Assembly (NCBI GenBank): GCA_963793105.1
Contig: CAWBZB010000006.1
Coordinates: 146,727-210,726 of the forward strand
Source of the DNA: an uncultured bacterium
GTDB taxonomy: Bacteria > Actinomycetota > Actinomycetes > S36-B12
Direction: 5' to 3'
DNA: 64,000 nt
Numbering within the stretch: position 1 is the first letter of the stretch; every line of letters starts with the position of its first letter. The notes under the pieces are model-generated. The model had not been told where the DNA came from, searched no databases, and worked only from the letters and a program-made list of their open reading frames with translations. This document shows positions 1 through 9,248 of the stretch, piece after piece. The position numbers and the translations under genes are program-made.

Positions 1-1
1 C

Positions 2-640
2 GAGGTGTGCCGCGCGGTCGTCGACACCGTGCAGCGCTGGGACATCCCGACGGAGTACTTCGAGGCCTTCCTGCACTCGATGACGATGGACCTGACCGTC
101 ACCGAGTACGCCACATACGACGACCTCTACGAGTACGTCTACGGATCCGCCGCAGTGATCGGGCTGCAGATGGTGCCGATCCTCGAGCCGACGGCGCCGG
201 AGGCATACGAGCGCGCGACCGACCTCGGCGTCGCCTTCCAGCTCGCGAACTTCGTCCGGGACGTCGGCGAGGACCTCGACCGCGGCCGCGTGTACCTGCC
301 GCTCGACGAACTGGCCATGTTCGGGGTCACCCGCGAGATGCTCGAGGAACGCGTGGCGACGCCGGCCATCAAGCAGGCTCTCGCCTACCAGGTCGAGCGC
401 GTGCGCGCACTCGAGGAGCGGTCCCGCCCGGGGGTGGAGATGCTGCACCCCAGCTCCCGGGACTGCATTGAGGCCGCGCGGGTCCTGTACTGCGGGATCG
501 TCGACGAGGTCGAGAAGCGGGACTACGAGGTGTTCACGACTCGGGCGACCGTCCCGATGCGTCGTCGGCTGGCCGTGGCCGGTCCGGCCTGGGTCCGAGC
601 GGTCCGCGCTCGCCGGCGGTTCGGCGACGGGGACGCCTAG
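2..640 (+). CDS. crtB: phytoene synthase (squalene/phytoene synthase family), C-terminal ~212 codons; 5' end outside window
   Basis: Frame is open to the window edge, stop TAG 638-640. YDDLYEYVYGSAAVIGLQM and AFQLANFVRDVGEDLDRGRVYLP match the conserved second Asp-rich region of CrtB-type synthases. Carotenoid cyclase genes are adjacent. Confidence 0.85.
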   Translation, partial: EVCRAVVDTVQRWDIPTEYFEAFLHSMTMDLTVTEYATYDDLYEYVYGSAAVIGLQMVPILEPTAPEAYERATDLGVAFQLANFVRDVGEDLDRGRVYLPLDELAMFGVTREMLEERVATPAIKQALAYQVERVRALEERSRPGVEMLHPSSRDCIEAARVLYCGIVDEVEKRDYEVFTTRATVPMRRRLAVAGPAWVRAVRARRRFGDGDA

Positions 641-1026
641 TCCGCGCCCTCCCGTCGCCAGATCGGTGGCCCGGCCTTCGGGGTTCGGTCCACTCCTCGC
701 CGGCCCCACAGGACCCACAGGCACAGGGAGAGCAGCACGAGGGCGAAGCCGAACAGCAGGTCCTCGACGGGCGCGAACGCCAGCCGGCCGTCCCCGATGA
801 ACGGCGGCGTCCCGGCCTCGGGCGACGTTCCTCCGATGATCGCCGCATCGTCGTAGCGGACGATGCCGAATCCGGTGAACATCCCGTTGGTGACGAACTG
901 GAAGAAGACGATGATCGCGTAGGCCGTCCAGAAGACCCGTCGACGCACCAGCCGCGTGCGGAACGCGAACAGGTCCAGCAGCACGACGAGCGCCACCGCC
1001 AGGACGCCCAGTCCGGTGTAGGTCAT
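637..1026 (-). CDS. lycopene cyclase domain-containing membrane protein (one half of a heterodimeric carotenoid cyclase)
   Basis: 129-aa polytopic ORF, ATGA-coupled to the upstream paralogue (stop 1023-1025, start 1024-1026). Hydrophobic CrtYc/CrtYd-like sequence, next to crtB. Confidence 0.75.
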   Translation of the reverse strand: MTYTGLGVLAVALVVLLDLFAFRTRLVRRRVFWTAYAIIVFFQFVTNGMFTGFGIVRYDDAAIIGGTSPEAGTPPFIGDGRLAFAPVEDLLFGFALVLLSLCLWVLWGRRGVDRTPKAGPPIWRREGAD

Positions 1027-1391
1027 CGATCCGCCTCCGGTGCTCCGGCGCCCCCACCGGGCGGCTCGTCACCCACCGTCCAATGGTCCTTGACGCTGCG
1101 CACGGCCTCCAGCGTGAGGACGGAGGCCAGCGGGATGGCGATGAAGAACAGCACCTCGTCGAGCGGCACCTCCCCCGGCAGGTAGAGCCCGAGGATGCGG
1201 TCGAGGTCGAAGTACCAGTGGCCCTGGGAGACCGCGTAGGCGTCCCAGGCGAAGAAGACCACCACCACGGGGACGATCGTGAGGAGCAGGCGCCGCCAGC
1301 GCCGCAGGACGCGGGTCCGCAGGACCACCTCCAGCCACAGGCACCCGACCATGACGAATGCGAGAATCGCGACGTAGGACAGGCGGGCCAC
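1023..1391 (-). CDS. lycopene cyclase domain-containing membrane protein (second half)
   Basis: WDAYAV..GHWYFD..PLDEVLFFIAIPL motifs. Start placed at GTG 1391; the longer ORF start at 1493 would overlap the divergent gene and encodes an Arg/Pro-rich non-protein-like N-terminus. Confidence 0.7.
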   Translation of the reverse strand: MARLSYVAILAFVMVGCLWLEVVLRTRVLRRWRRLLLTIVPVVVVFFAWDAYAVSQGHWYFDLDRILGLYLPGEVPLDEVLFFIAIPLASVLTLEAVRSVKDHWTVGDEPPGGGAGAPEADR

Positions 1392-1431
1392 CCGCCTATC
1401 CTCTCGTGCGCGGCCTCGGAGGTGACGACGG

Positions 1432-1995
1432 ATGGGAACACCGAGCGGGGGGCCACTGCGGATCGGCCTCATCGGCGGCGAGTGCACGGGCAAGTCCAGC
1501 CTCGCCGAGGCGCTGGCCGCTGCGCTTCCCGCCTGTCGGGTGGACGAGGTGCTGCGGGAGACGACGGACCGCGAGGGTCGCCCGCCGCGACAGGACCAGC
1601 AGGCGGGGATCCTCGCCCAGCAGCAGGCTCGCGAGGACGCGACCGCCCGGGAGTGTCCCCACGCGTGGCTGGTGGCCGACCCGGCCGCCCTGATGACCGC
1701 GGTCTACAGCCGCGTCTACTTCGACGACGACTCGCTGACCGCCGCGGCCTCAGACCTGGCCTCCGGCTACTCCCTGGTGGTCTGGTGCGCGGACGACCTG
1801 CCCTGGACCGCCGACGGTGCGCACCGGGACGGTCCCGACGCCCGTTCCCGTGCCGACACGGTCATCGCCGCCGTGGTTCGAGAGCACCTTGAGCCTCGCG
1901 GTATCCGGGTTCTTCGGGTCAACGGACCGCTCGAGGAGCGGGTAGCCCGCGTGAGGAGGGCGTGTCAACCCGGACGTCCCGGCGCGCCAACCTAG
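1432..1995 (+). CDS. P-loop ATPase of the AAA_28/NadR ribosylnicotinamide-kinase-like type
   Basis: Walker A GGECTGKSSL resembles the GGESSGKS loop of the NadR kinase domain. 187 aa, high GC3. Confidence 0.55.
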   Translation: MGTPSGGPLRIGLIGGECTGKSSLAEALAAALPACRVDEVLRETTDREGRPPRQDQQAGILAQQQAREDATARECPHAWLVADPAALMTAVYSRVYFDDDSLTAAASDLASGYSLVVWCADDLPWTADGAHRDGPDARSRADTVIAAVVREHLEPRGIRVLRVNGPLEERVARVRRACQPGRPGAPT

Positions 1996-1998
1996 ACT
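1993..1998 (+). promoter_or_regulatory. candidate -10 hexamer TAGACT for a leaderless kinase transcript
   Basis: TANNNT hexamer ends 7 nt before the GTG start at 2006, and no Shine-Dalgarno sequence lies between. This geometry is typical of actinobacterial leaderless mRNAs. Confidence 0.3.
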
Positions 1999-2005
1999 CG
2001 CAAGG

Positions 2006-3940
2006 GTGGAGACGTCTGATCAGGACGGCCTCGTCGGCACGACCGTCGATGGCCGGTATCGGGTGATCTCCCTGCTTGCCCGGGGCGGGATGGCCACCGT
2101 CTACCAGGCCCTGGACCTGCGCCTCGACCGGATCGTGGCCCTGAAGATCATGCATGCCCACCTGGCCCACGACCAGGCGTTCATCTCCCGGTTCCAGCGT
2201 GAGGCGAAGGCGGCGGCACGGCTCACCCACGGGCACGTCGTGGCGGTCTACGACCAGGGGTCGGACGGCAACCTGGTCTACCTGGCCATGGAGTACGTCC
2301 CCGGCCGCACCCTCCGGGACGTCCTGCGCCAGTACGGGCCGCTGACACCCGAGCAGGCCCTGGTGTTCCTCGACCCGGTGCTGGAGGCGCTCGGCGCCGC
2401 GCACGCGGCGGGCTTCGTGCACCGCGACATCAAGCCCGAGAACGTCCTGATCTCCGACGACGGCAGGGTCAAGGTGGCTGACTTCGGCCTGGCCCGGGCC
2501 GTGGAGGCCGACGGTCACAGCGTCACCCAGGGCATGATCATCGGCACGGTCGCGTACCTCTCGCCGGAGCAGGTCGAGCGCGGTGAGGCGGATGGCCGCT
2601 CCGATGTCTACGCCGCGGGCATCCTGCTCTACGAGATGATCACCGGGCAGGTGCCGCACGCGGGCGAGAGCCCGCTCAGCGTCGCCTACCAGCACGTGAA
2701 CAACGATGTCCCCCCGCCGTCGGGCGTCGTCGGGGCGATCCCGCCCGACGTCGATGCCCTCGTCGTGACGGCGACCCGACGCGACCCCTCGCTTCGGTAC
2801 CAGAACGCGATCGACTTCCTCGCCGACGTCCGTCGCGTGCGGGCCTCGCTGCCTCCCCCGCGACCGTTCGTCGACACGCAGGACACTCTCGTCGTCGACG
2901 TGGGAATGGCCTCCCAGCTGGCCGCCGGGCGGCCCGGCACGCAGTTGGGCGCGGGCGGACCGACGACCCCCCGCAGTCCCACGCCGTCCGGGGCGCCTTC
3001 ATCCCGCGCGGCCGCGGTCACCCGCCCCACGGTGTCGCCGGCGCCGTACCGCCGCAGCCGTGCACCGCTCTTCATCGTCCTGCTCGTCCTCGCCGTCCTG
3101 GCCACCGCCTTCGGCGCCTGGTACCTCGCGGCCGGGCCGGGCAAGACGGTCGAGATGCCGGACGTGGTCGGATCGACGGTCGATGAGGCCCAGTCGGCCG
3201 TCACGGCGGTCGGGCTCACCCTCGAGGTCGCCGAGAAGCAGTACAGCGAGGACGTCCCGGCCGAATCGGTGATCAGCACGGACCCGGATGCCGGCGAGGG
3301 CATCCGGGTGGACGCCACGGTGACGGCCGTCGTCTCGCAAGGCCCCGAGCGCTACGACGTTCCGGCCGTCAAGGGCCTGTCACAGGCGGCGGCCTCGGAC
3401 GCCATCGCCGCGGCCACCCTCTCCGTCGGGACGGTCAAGGAGTCCTTCGACGACAAGGCGGAGGCCGGCACCGTCATTTCGTCCGCTCCCAAGGCCGGCA
3501 GCAGCGTCAAGCCGGACACCCCGGTCGACCTCGTCGTGAGCAAGGGTCCTGCGCCCGTGCCCGTTCCGAGCGTCGAGGGTCGCAAGGTCAACGCCGCGAA
3601 GAACGCCCTGTCCGACGCGGGACTGAAGGTCGACGTTTCCCAGGAGTTCTCCGAGACGGTCAAGGACGGCGTCGTCATCTCCGTGAAGCCGAAGGCGGGC
3701 AAGATCGTCGACTCCGGGAGCCGCGTGAGCCTCGTGGTGTCCAAGGGGCCGCCCCCGGTGACCGTGCCCAACCTCGTCGACATGCCGCGCGCCAAGGCCA
3801 TCAGCACCCTGCGCGGCCTCGGGCTGAGGCCGAACGTCGTCGAAGGCGACTTCAGCCCTCTCAATCGCGTCATCAGCCAGGATCCGTCGGCGGGCAAGAA
3901 GATCCCCAAGGGCAGCACCGTGACGATCCGGATCATCTGA
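2006..3940 (+). CDS. transmembrane Ser/Thr protein kinase with four extracellular PASTA domains (PknB/PknL family)
   Basis: Hanks motifs (VALK, HRDIKPEN, DFGLA, SPEQ), Pro/Ala-rich linker, one TM helix (LFIVLLVLAVLATAFGAWYLAAG), then four ~65-aa PASTA repeats. GTG start. Confidence 0.9.
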   Translation: METSDQDGLVGTTVDGRYRVISLLARGGMATVYQALDLRLDRIVALKIMHAHLAHDQAFISRFQREAKAAARLTHGHVVAVYDQGSDGNLVYLAMEYVPGRTLRDVLRQYGPLTPEQALVFLDPVLEALGAAHAAGFVHRDIKPENVLISDDGRVKVADFGLARAVEADGHSVTQGMIIGTVAYLSPEQVERGEADGRSDVYAAGILLYEMITGQVPHAGESPLSVAYQHVNNDVPPPSGVVGAIPPDVDALVVTATRRDPSLRYQNAIDFLADVRRVRASLPPPRPFVDTQDTLVVDVGMASQLAAGRPGTQLGAGGPTTPRSPTPSGAPSSRAAAVTRPTVSPAPYRRSRAPLFIVLLVLAVLATAFGAWYLAAGPGKTVEMPDVVGSTVDEAQSAVTAVGLTLEVAEKQYSEDVPAESVISTDPDAGEGIRVDATVTAVVSQGPERYDVPAVKGLSQAAASDAIAAATLSVGTVKESFDDKAEAGTVISSAPKAGSSVKPDTPVDLVVSKGPAPVPVPSVEGRKVNAAKNALSDAGLKVDVSQEFSETVKDGVVISVKPKAGKIVDSGSRVSLVVSKGPPPVTVPNLVDMPRAKAISTLRGLGLRPNVVEGDFSPLNRVISQDPSAGKKIPKGSTVTIRII

Positions 3941-3984
3941 CTCCGGACGACCCGCCCGACCCTCGGGCAGGGCAGACTGCGGCC

Positions 3985-5508
3985 ATGACGAACACCGACC
4001 TCACCGCCCTCTCCCGTCGAGCCCTCGCCTCCTGCGGCGCCGTCCTCGACGACCCGACTGGGGCGCCCGCGCGGGTGGTGTCCCGCTCCCCCCTGACCGG
4101 CCACGACCTGTTCCCGGTCGCCGCCCTCGACGCCGCCGGCATGGATGCGGCCGTCGAGCGGGCGCACGCGGCCTTCCTCGTCTGGCGCACGGTTCCCGCA
4201 CCGGCTCGCGGCTTCCTCATCAAGGCGTTCGGCCGGCTCCTCGAGGAGCACAAGGAGGACCTCGCCGACCTGGTGCAGGTCGAGGTGGGCAAGATCCGGT
4301 CCGAGGCCCTGGGCGAGGTCCAGGAGATGATCGACATCTGCGACTTCGCCGTGGGCCTGTCACGTCAGCTCGAGGGCCGGACGATGCCGTCGGAGCGCCC
4401 CGGACACCGGCTGATGGAGACCTGGCATCCGCGCGGGGTGGTGGGCGTGATCTCCGCATTCAACTTCCCGGTCGCCGTGTGGGCATGGAACACCGCGATC
4501 GCGCTCGTCTGCGGCGACGCCGTGGTGTGGAAGCCGTCCGAGCTCACGCCGCTGACCGCCGCGGCATGCTCGGCGCTCATGGACCGGGCGATCGCCCAGC
4601 AGGGCGCTCCCGCCGACATCCACGTTCTTGCCCTGGCGGAGCGCGCTGCGGGCCCCGCGCTGGTGGACAACCCGCTCGTCGCGGTCGTCAGTGCCACCGG
4701 ATCGGAGCGGATGGGTGCGGAGGTCGGCCCCCGCGTCGCCGCGCGCTTCGGACACGCGATTCTCGAACTCGGCGGCAACAATGCCGCGATCGTGGCGCCG
4801 TCGGCCGACCTCGAGCTCGCCGTGCGCGGCATCGTGTTCGCCGCCGCGGGCACGGCCGGCCAGCGGTGCACCTCGCTTCGACGGGTCATCGCGCATGAGT
4901 CTGTCGTCGACGATCTGGTCGGGCGGGTCGCGGCGGTCTACGACCGGCTCCCCGTGGGCAGCCCGCTCGACGCCGACACCCTCGTCGGTCCCCTGGTGAG
5001 TGCGGCGGCCTTCGACCGCATGCAGGAGGCCATCGCCGAGGCCGTCGCCGACGGCGGCACCCTGATCGCCGGCGGGGAGCGCGTCACCGTCGCGGACTGC
5101 CCCGACGCCTTCTACGTCCGCCCCGCGCTCGTGCGCATGCCGGCGCAGTCGGCCGTCGTTCGCCGCGAGACCTTCGCCCCCCTGCTGTACGTCATGACCT
5201 ACCGCGACCTCGACGAAGCGATCGCCCTGCAGAACGGCGTCCCCCAGGGCCTGTCGTCCAGCATCTTCACGCTCGACCAGCGCGAGGCGGAGGCCTTCAT
5301 GTCCTCCGCCGGTTCCGACTGCGGAATCGTCAACGTGAACATCGGCACGTCGGGCGCGGAGATCGGCGGCGCGTTCGGCGGGGAGAAGTCCACCGGCGGC
5401 GGTCGCGAGTCCGGATCAGACGCCTGGCGCGGCTACATGCGACGCGCCACGAACACCGTCAACTACTCGCACGAGCTTCCGCTTGCGCAGGGAGTGAACT
5501 TCGGATGA
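3985..5508 (+). CDS. aldehyde dehydrogenase of the ALDH7 / piperideine-6-carboxylate (alpha-aminoadipic semialdehyde) dehydrogenase type
   Basis: 507 aa. FNFPVAVWAWNTAIALVCGDAVVWKPSE and ELGGNNA..GTAGQRCTS match the ALDH catalytic Glu/Cys regions and resemble antiquitin-type enzymes. Confidence 0.75.
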   Translation: MTNTDLTALSRRALASCGAVLDDPTGAPARVVSRSPLTGHDLFPVAALDAAGMDAAVERAHAAFLVWRTVPAPARGFLIKAFGRLLEEHKEDLADLVQVEVGKIRSEALGEVQEMIDICDFAVGLSRQLEGRTMPSERPGHRLMETWHPRGVVGVISAFNFPVAVWAWNTAIALVCGDAVVWKPSELTPLTAAACSALMDRAIAQQGAPADIHVLALAERAAGPALVDNPLVAVVSATGSERMGAEVGPRVAARFGHAILELGGNNAAIVAPSADLELAVRGIVFAAAGTAGQRCTSLRRVIAHESVVDDLVGRVAAVYDRLPVGSPLDADTLVGPLVSAAAFDRMQEAIAEAVADGGTLIAGGERVTVADCPDAFYVRPALVRMPAQSAVVRRETFAPLLYVMTYRDLDEAIALQNGVPQGLSSSIFTLDQREAEAFMSSAGSDCGIVNVNIGTSGAEIGGAFGGEKSTGGGRESGSDAWRGYMRRATNTVNYSHELPLAQGVNFG

Positions 5509-6074
5509 CCGCCATTGACGAGCACCTCGATCGCTTCGACGACCCGCAGCGCTCCGCCCTCGCCGGCACGATTGCCACCATCCGCGCGACCCTGCCCGGA
5601 GCCGTCGAGGTCATCGCGTACGCCATGCCGACGTTCAAGGTCGGCAGCGAGTCAGGCGTCGCCGTGGTCGGCCTGGATGGCTTCGTCCGGCACAACAGCC
5701 TCTTCCCGTACAGCGGGGGCGTGCTCACGCAGTTCGAGCAGCAGTTGGCTTCGTACGTCCAGACGAAGGGCTCGATCCACTTCGCCATCGACCGGCCGTT
5801 CCCGGCTCCCCTGCTCACGCGCATCCTCAAGACGCGCATCGCCGAGATCAACGCGACCTATCCCAGGAAGTCGGGCGAGCTGAAGGAGTTCTACGACAAC
5901 GGTTTCGTCAAGATGTCGGGGAAGGTCAGGAACGACCAGATGCACGGCTACTGGGAATGGTTCCGCCGCGACGGGTCGATCATGCGGTCGGGCTCCTTCA
6001 AGGCAGGCGCCCAGACCGGCGAGTGGACCACGTACGGCCGGGACGGCGTCCCGGTCAAGACGACCCGGTTCTGA
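5505..6074 (+). CDS. DUF1801 (YdhG-like) domain fused to C-terminal MORN/YwqK-like repeats
   Basis: N-terminal AYAMPTFKV...KGSIHFAIDRPFP is DUF1801-like. C-terminal FYDNGFVKMSGKVRNDQMHGYWEWFRRDGSIMRSGSFKAGAQTGEWTTY is MORN-variant. ATGA overlap with the upstream dehydrogenase. Confidence 0.65.
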   Translation: MTAIDEHLDRFDDPQRSALAGTIATIRATLPGAVEVIAYAMPTFKVGSESGVAVVGLDGFVRHNSLFPYSGGVLTQFEQQLASYVQTKGSIHFAIDRPFPAPLLTRILKTRIAEINATYPRKSGELKEFYDNGFVKMSGKVRNDQMHGYWEWFRRDGSIMRSGSFKAGAQTGEWTTYGRDGVPVKTTRF

Positions 6075-6076
6075 CC

Positions 6077-7243
6077 GTGCCCGTTCCCGAGTCGGCGAGC
6101 ATCGTCATCATCGGCGGCGGCGTCATGGGCACCAGCATCGCCTTCCACCTGGCGGAGGCCGGGGTCCGCGACATCCTTCTCCTCGAGCAGGCGCAGCTGG
6201 GCAGCGGGTCGACCTGCAAGGCGGCCGGCGGCGTGCGCGCCCAGTTCTCGGACCCCGTCAACATCGCCCTCGGCGTGCGCGGGCTCGACGCATTCGAGTC
6301 CTTCGCCGAGCGTCCCGGCCAGGAGATCGACCTGCGCCAGCCCGGCTACCTCTTCCTGCTCCACACCCCCGAGGAGGTCGCGGCATACGAGGCGTCGGTC
6401 GCCCTGCAGAACAGCATGGGCGTGCCCAGTCGCATGCTGACCGCGGACGAGGCGGTGGCCCTGTCCCCGGCGGTCGATCCCGACGCAGTTCTTGCCGCCG
6501 CCTTCCACCAACGCGACGGCTACTGCTCCCCCGAGTCCGTCGTGCTCGGCTACGCCACCGGAGCACGCCGATACGGAGCCACCATCCGGACCGGGGTCAC
6601 GGTCACCGGGATCCGTACCAGCGGCCACGAGGTCACCGGGGTCGAGACCGATCATGGCCTCGTCGGGACGTCGTGCGTGGTGTGCGCGGCGGGCGCCTGG
6701 TCCCGGCCGGTCGGGGCGATGGCCGGCGTGGACCTGCCGGTCGACCCGCTGCGCCGGCAGATCCTCATCAGCGAGCCGCTGCCACCGCGACTGCTGCCGC
6801 TGCTGCCCGACACGATGCCCATGACGATCGACGCGGGCACGACCTTCTACTTCCATCGCGAGGGCCCGGGCCTGCTGATGGGCATGTCCTACCAGCGCGA
6901 GACGCCAGGCTTCCGCACCGAGTACAGCGAGGCCTGGCTGCCCGACCTGATGGCCGCGATCGAGCATCGAGCACCCGCGCTCCTGGACGTCGGAATCGCG
7001 CACCGGTGGGTGGGGATGTACGAGGTGACCCCGGACCACAACGCCCTGCTCGGCGAGTCCTCGACGCTGTCGCGCTTCCTCTACGCCACGGGCTTCTCCG
7101 GGCACGGCTTCCTGCAGGGGCCGGCCGTCGGCGAGGTCGTCCGTGACCTCTATCTGGGCGTCGAGCCCTTCCTCGACGTCGCGCCGTTCAGCGCCGACCG
7201 ATTCGCTTCGGGCGCCCTGCGCGGCGAGGTCAACATCGTCTAG
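6077..7243 (+). CDS. FAD-dependent oxidoreductase (DAO / sarcosine-pipecolate oxidase-like family)
   Basis: IVIIGGGVMGTSIAFHLAEAG dinucleotide-binding fold. GTG start 2 nt after the upstream stop; the longer ORF start at 5957 overlaps the previous gene. Confidence 0.8.
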   Translation: MPVPESASIVIIGGGVMGTSIAFHLAEAGVRDILLLEQAQLGSGSTCKAAGGVRAQFSDPVNIALGVRGLDAFESFAERPGQEIDLRQPGYLFLLHTPEEVAAYEASVALQNSMGVPSRMLTADEAVALSPAVDPDAVLAAAFHQRDGYCSPESVVLGYATGARRYGATIRTGVTVTGIRTSGHEVTGVETDHGLVGTSCVVCAAGAWSRPVGAMAGVDLPVDPLRRQILISEPLPPRLLPLLPDTMPMTIDAGTTFYFHREGPGLLMGMSYQRETPGFRTEYSEAWLPDLMAAIEHRAPALLDVGIAHRWVGMYEVTPDHNALLGESSTLSRFLYATGFSGHGFLQGPAVGEVVRDLYLGVEPFLDVAPFSADRFASGALRGEVNIV

Positions 7244-7311
7244 TTCGTTGAGTGGTCGGCCGTGCACCTGCGTCGCGGCGTGCGGACGTGCTGGAGCGCC
7301 CACTCGACGGG

Positions 7312-7845
7312 TCAGAGGAGGACGCCCTCGTGCTCGAGCAGGCTCACCTTGATGTCCAGTCCGTAGCCGTAGCCCCCCAGTCCGTTCGAGGCGACCACCC
7401 GGTGGCACGGGATGAACGGCGCGACGAGGTTGGACGAGCACACGGTGCCGGCCGCGCGGGCGGCCCGCGGACGCCCGGCCCGGCGGGCCAGGCCGGCGTA
7501 GGTGTCGATGCTTCCCGCGCGGATCTGCCGCATCGCCCTCCACGCCTGCTGCTGGAAGGGGCCGCCCGGCTGGCTGACGGACACCTCCTCGAGGGCGTCC
7601 AGGTCCCCATCGGCGTATCGCGCCAGCACGTCCTTGATGAACGGGACCGTGCTGCGCGGCCGGACGTCGTACCCGATCGGGATCCGCTCCACCGCGTCCT
7701 CGAGGTCCCGGTAGGTCGACGCCACGACGGCGCCGTACTCCGACGGCCCGAGATCACCGGCGGCGTGCGGGTCCACGACCACCACGATCGGTCCTGCGGG
7801 CGTGCGGTACGTGGCGGCCAGCAGTGTCCCCGCCGGATGCGACAT
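7312..7845 (-). CDS. ogt: methylated-DNA--protein-cysteine methyltransferase
   Basis: PCHRVV active-site motif near the C-terminus. ATG 7845 lies 2 nt downstream of the aroG stop. Confidence 0.85.
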   Translation of the reverse strand: MSHPAGTLLAATYRTPAGPIVVVVDPHAAGDLGPSEYGAVVASTYRDLEDAVERIPIGYDVRPRSTVPFIKDVLARYADGDLDALEEVSVSQPGGPFQQQAWRAMRQIRAGSIDTYAGLARRAGRPRAARAAGTVCSSNLVAPFIPCHRVVASNGLGGYGYGLDIKVSLLEHEGVLL

Positions 7846-7847
7846 GA

Positions 7848-9176
7848 CTACCGCATCATGAGCATGTCGGCGACGAGGAAGGCGAGCTCCAGGCTCTGCT
7901 CGCGGTTCAGCCGCGGATCGCAGGCGGTTTCGTATCGGTCCCCGAGGTTGCCCTCGAGAACGCCGCCGGTCCCGCCCACGCACTCCGTGACGTCATCGCC
8001 GGTGAGTTCGATGTGGATGCCGCCCGGGATGGTCCCGAGGTTGCGATGGACCTCGAAGAAGCCCTCGACCTCGGTGACCACGTCGTCGAACAGCCGCGTC
8101 TTGTGTCCGGACAGCGCCTCACGGGTGTTGCCGTGCATCGGATCGCACACCCACACGACGGGTACGCCGCTGGCGTCCACCTTCTGCACGATGCTCGGCA
8201 GTACGTCGCGCACCTTCGCCGAACCCATGCGGGTGATCAGGGTCAGGCGACCCGGGATGCGGTCCGGGTTCAGCAGCTCGCACATCTGGACGACCTCGTC
8301 CGGCTCCGCCGTCGGGCCGAGCTTCACGCCGATCGGGTTGTGGATCGTCGAGGCGAAGTGCACGTGCGCCCCGTCGAGCTGGCGCGTGCGCTCACCGATC
8401 CACAGGAAGTGCCCGGAGACGTCGTACGGCAGCCCCGTCCGGGAGTCGATGCGCGTCAGCGCCCGCTCATAGTCGATCGAGAGCGCCTCGTGGGCGGCGT
8501 AGAACTCCACCCGCTGCAGCTCTTCGGGGTCGGCACCGATGGCATGCATGAACGACAGCGCCCGATCGATGTCGGCCGCCATGGCCTCGTACCGCTGACC
8601 GGCAACAGAGTCCCGCACGAAGTCCTGGTTCCACGCGTGCACCTGACGCAGGTCGGCATAGCCGCCCTGCGTGAAGGCGCGAACGAGGTTGAGCGCCGCA
8701 CTCGATGCGTTGTAGGCACGCACGAGACGCTGCGGATCCGGGCGACGGCCCTGGGGCTCGAAGGCGAGTGCGTTGACCGCGTCCCCGAAGTACGACGGCA
8801 GCTCGACTCCCCCGCGGCTCTCCAGGAGCTGCGAGCGCGGCTTGAAGTACTGGCCCGCCATGCGGCCGACCTTGATCACGGGCAGCGAGGCGGCGTAGGT
8901 GAGGATCACCGACATCTGCAGCACGGTCTTCAGCCGAGCCCGGATGGAGTCGGCGTTGTTGCCCGAGAACGTCTCGGCGCAGTCGCCGCCCATCAGGACG
9001 AAGGCGCGTCCCTGGGCTGCCTCGGACAGGCGGGTCGCGAGCACGTCGCACTCGCCGGCGAAGACGAGCGGGGGAAGGCTGGACAGCTCGTCGAGAGCCG
9101 CCTCCAGCTCGGCCCGGTCCGGCCAGGGCGGCTGCTGGGCAGCCGGCAGGTCCGGCCAGGTGATGGCGTCACGCAT
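7848..9176 (-). CDS. aroG: class II 3-deoxy-7-phosphoheptulonate (DAHP) synthase
   Basis: 442 aa. The N-terminus WPDLPAAQQPPWPD...LPPLVFAGECD and the overall sequence are typical of actinobacterial/plant type II DAHP synthases. Confidence 0.9.
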   Translation of the reverse strand: MRDAITWPDLPAAQQPPWPDRAELEAALDELSSLPPLVFAGECDVLATRLSEAAQGRAFVLMGGDCAETFSGNNADSIRARLKTVLQMSVILTYAASLPVIKVGRMAGQYFKPRSQLLESRGGVELPSYFGDAVNALAFEPQGRRPDPQRLVRAYNASSAALNLVRAFTQGGYADLRQVHAWNQDFVRDSVAGQRYEAMAADIDRALSFMHAIGADPEELQRVEFYAAHEALSIDYERALTRIDSRTGLPYDVSGHFLWIGERTRQLDGAHVHFASTIHNPIGVKLGPTAEPDEVVQMCELLNPDRIPGRLTLITRMGSAKVRDVLPSIVQKVDASGVPVVWVCDPMHGNTREALSGHKTRLFDDVVTEVEGFFEVHRNLGTIPGGIHIELTGDDVTECVGGTGGVLEGNLGDRYETACDPRLNREQSLELAFLVADMLMMR

Positions 9177-9248
9177 CCCACAAGGTTAGGGCACGGGGCG
9201 GAGTGCTCCGACCCGTGCCCTGACGCCTGCTCACCCAGCGGCGAGGTC

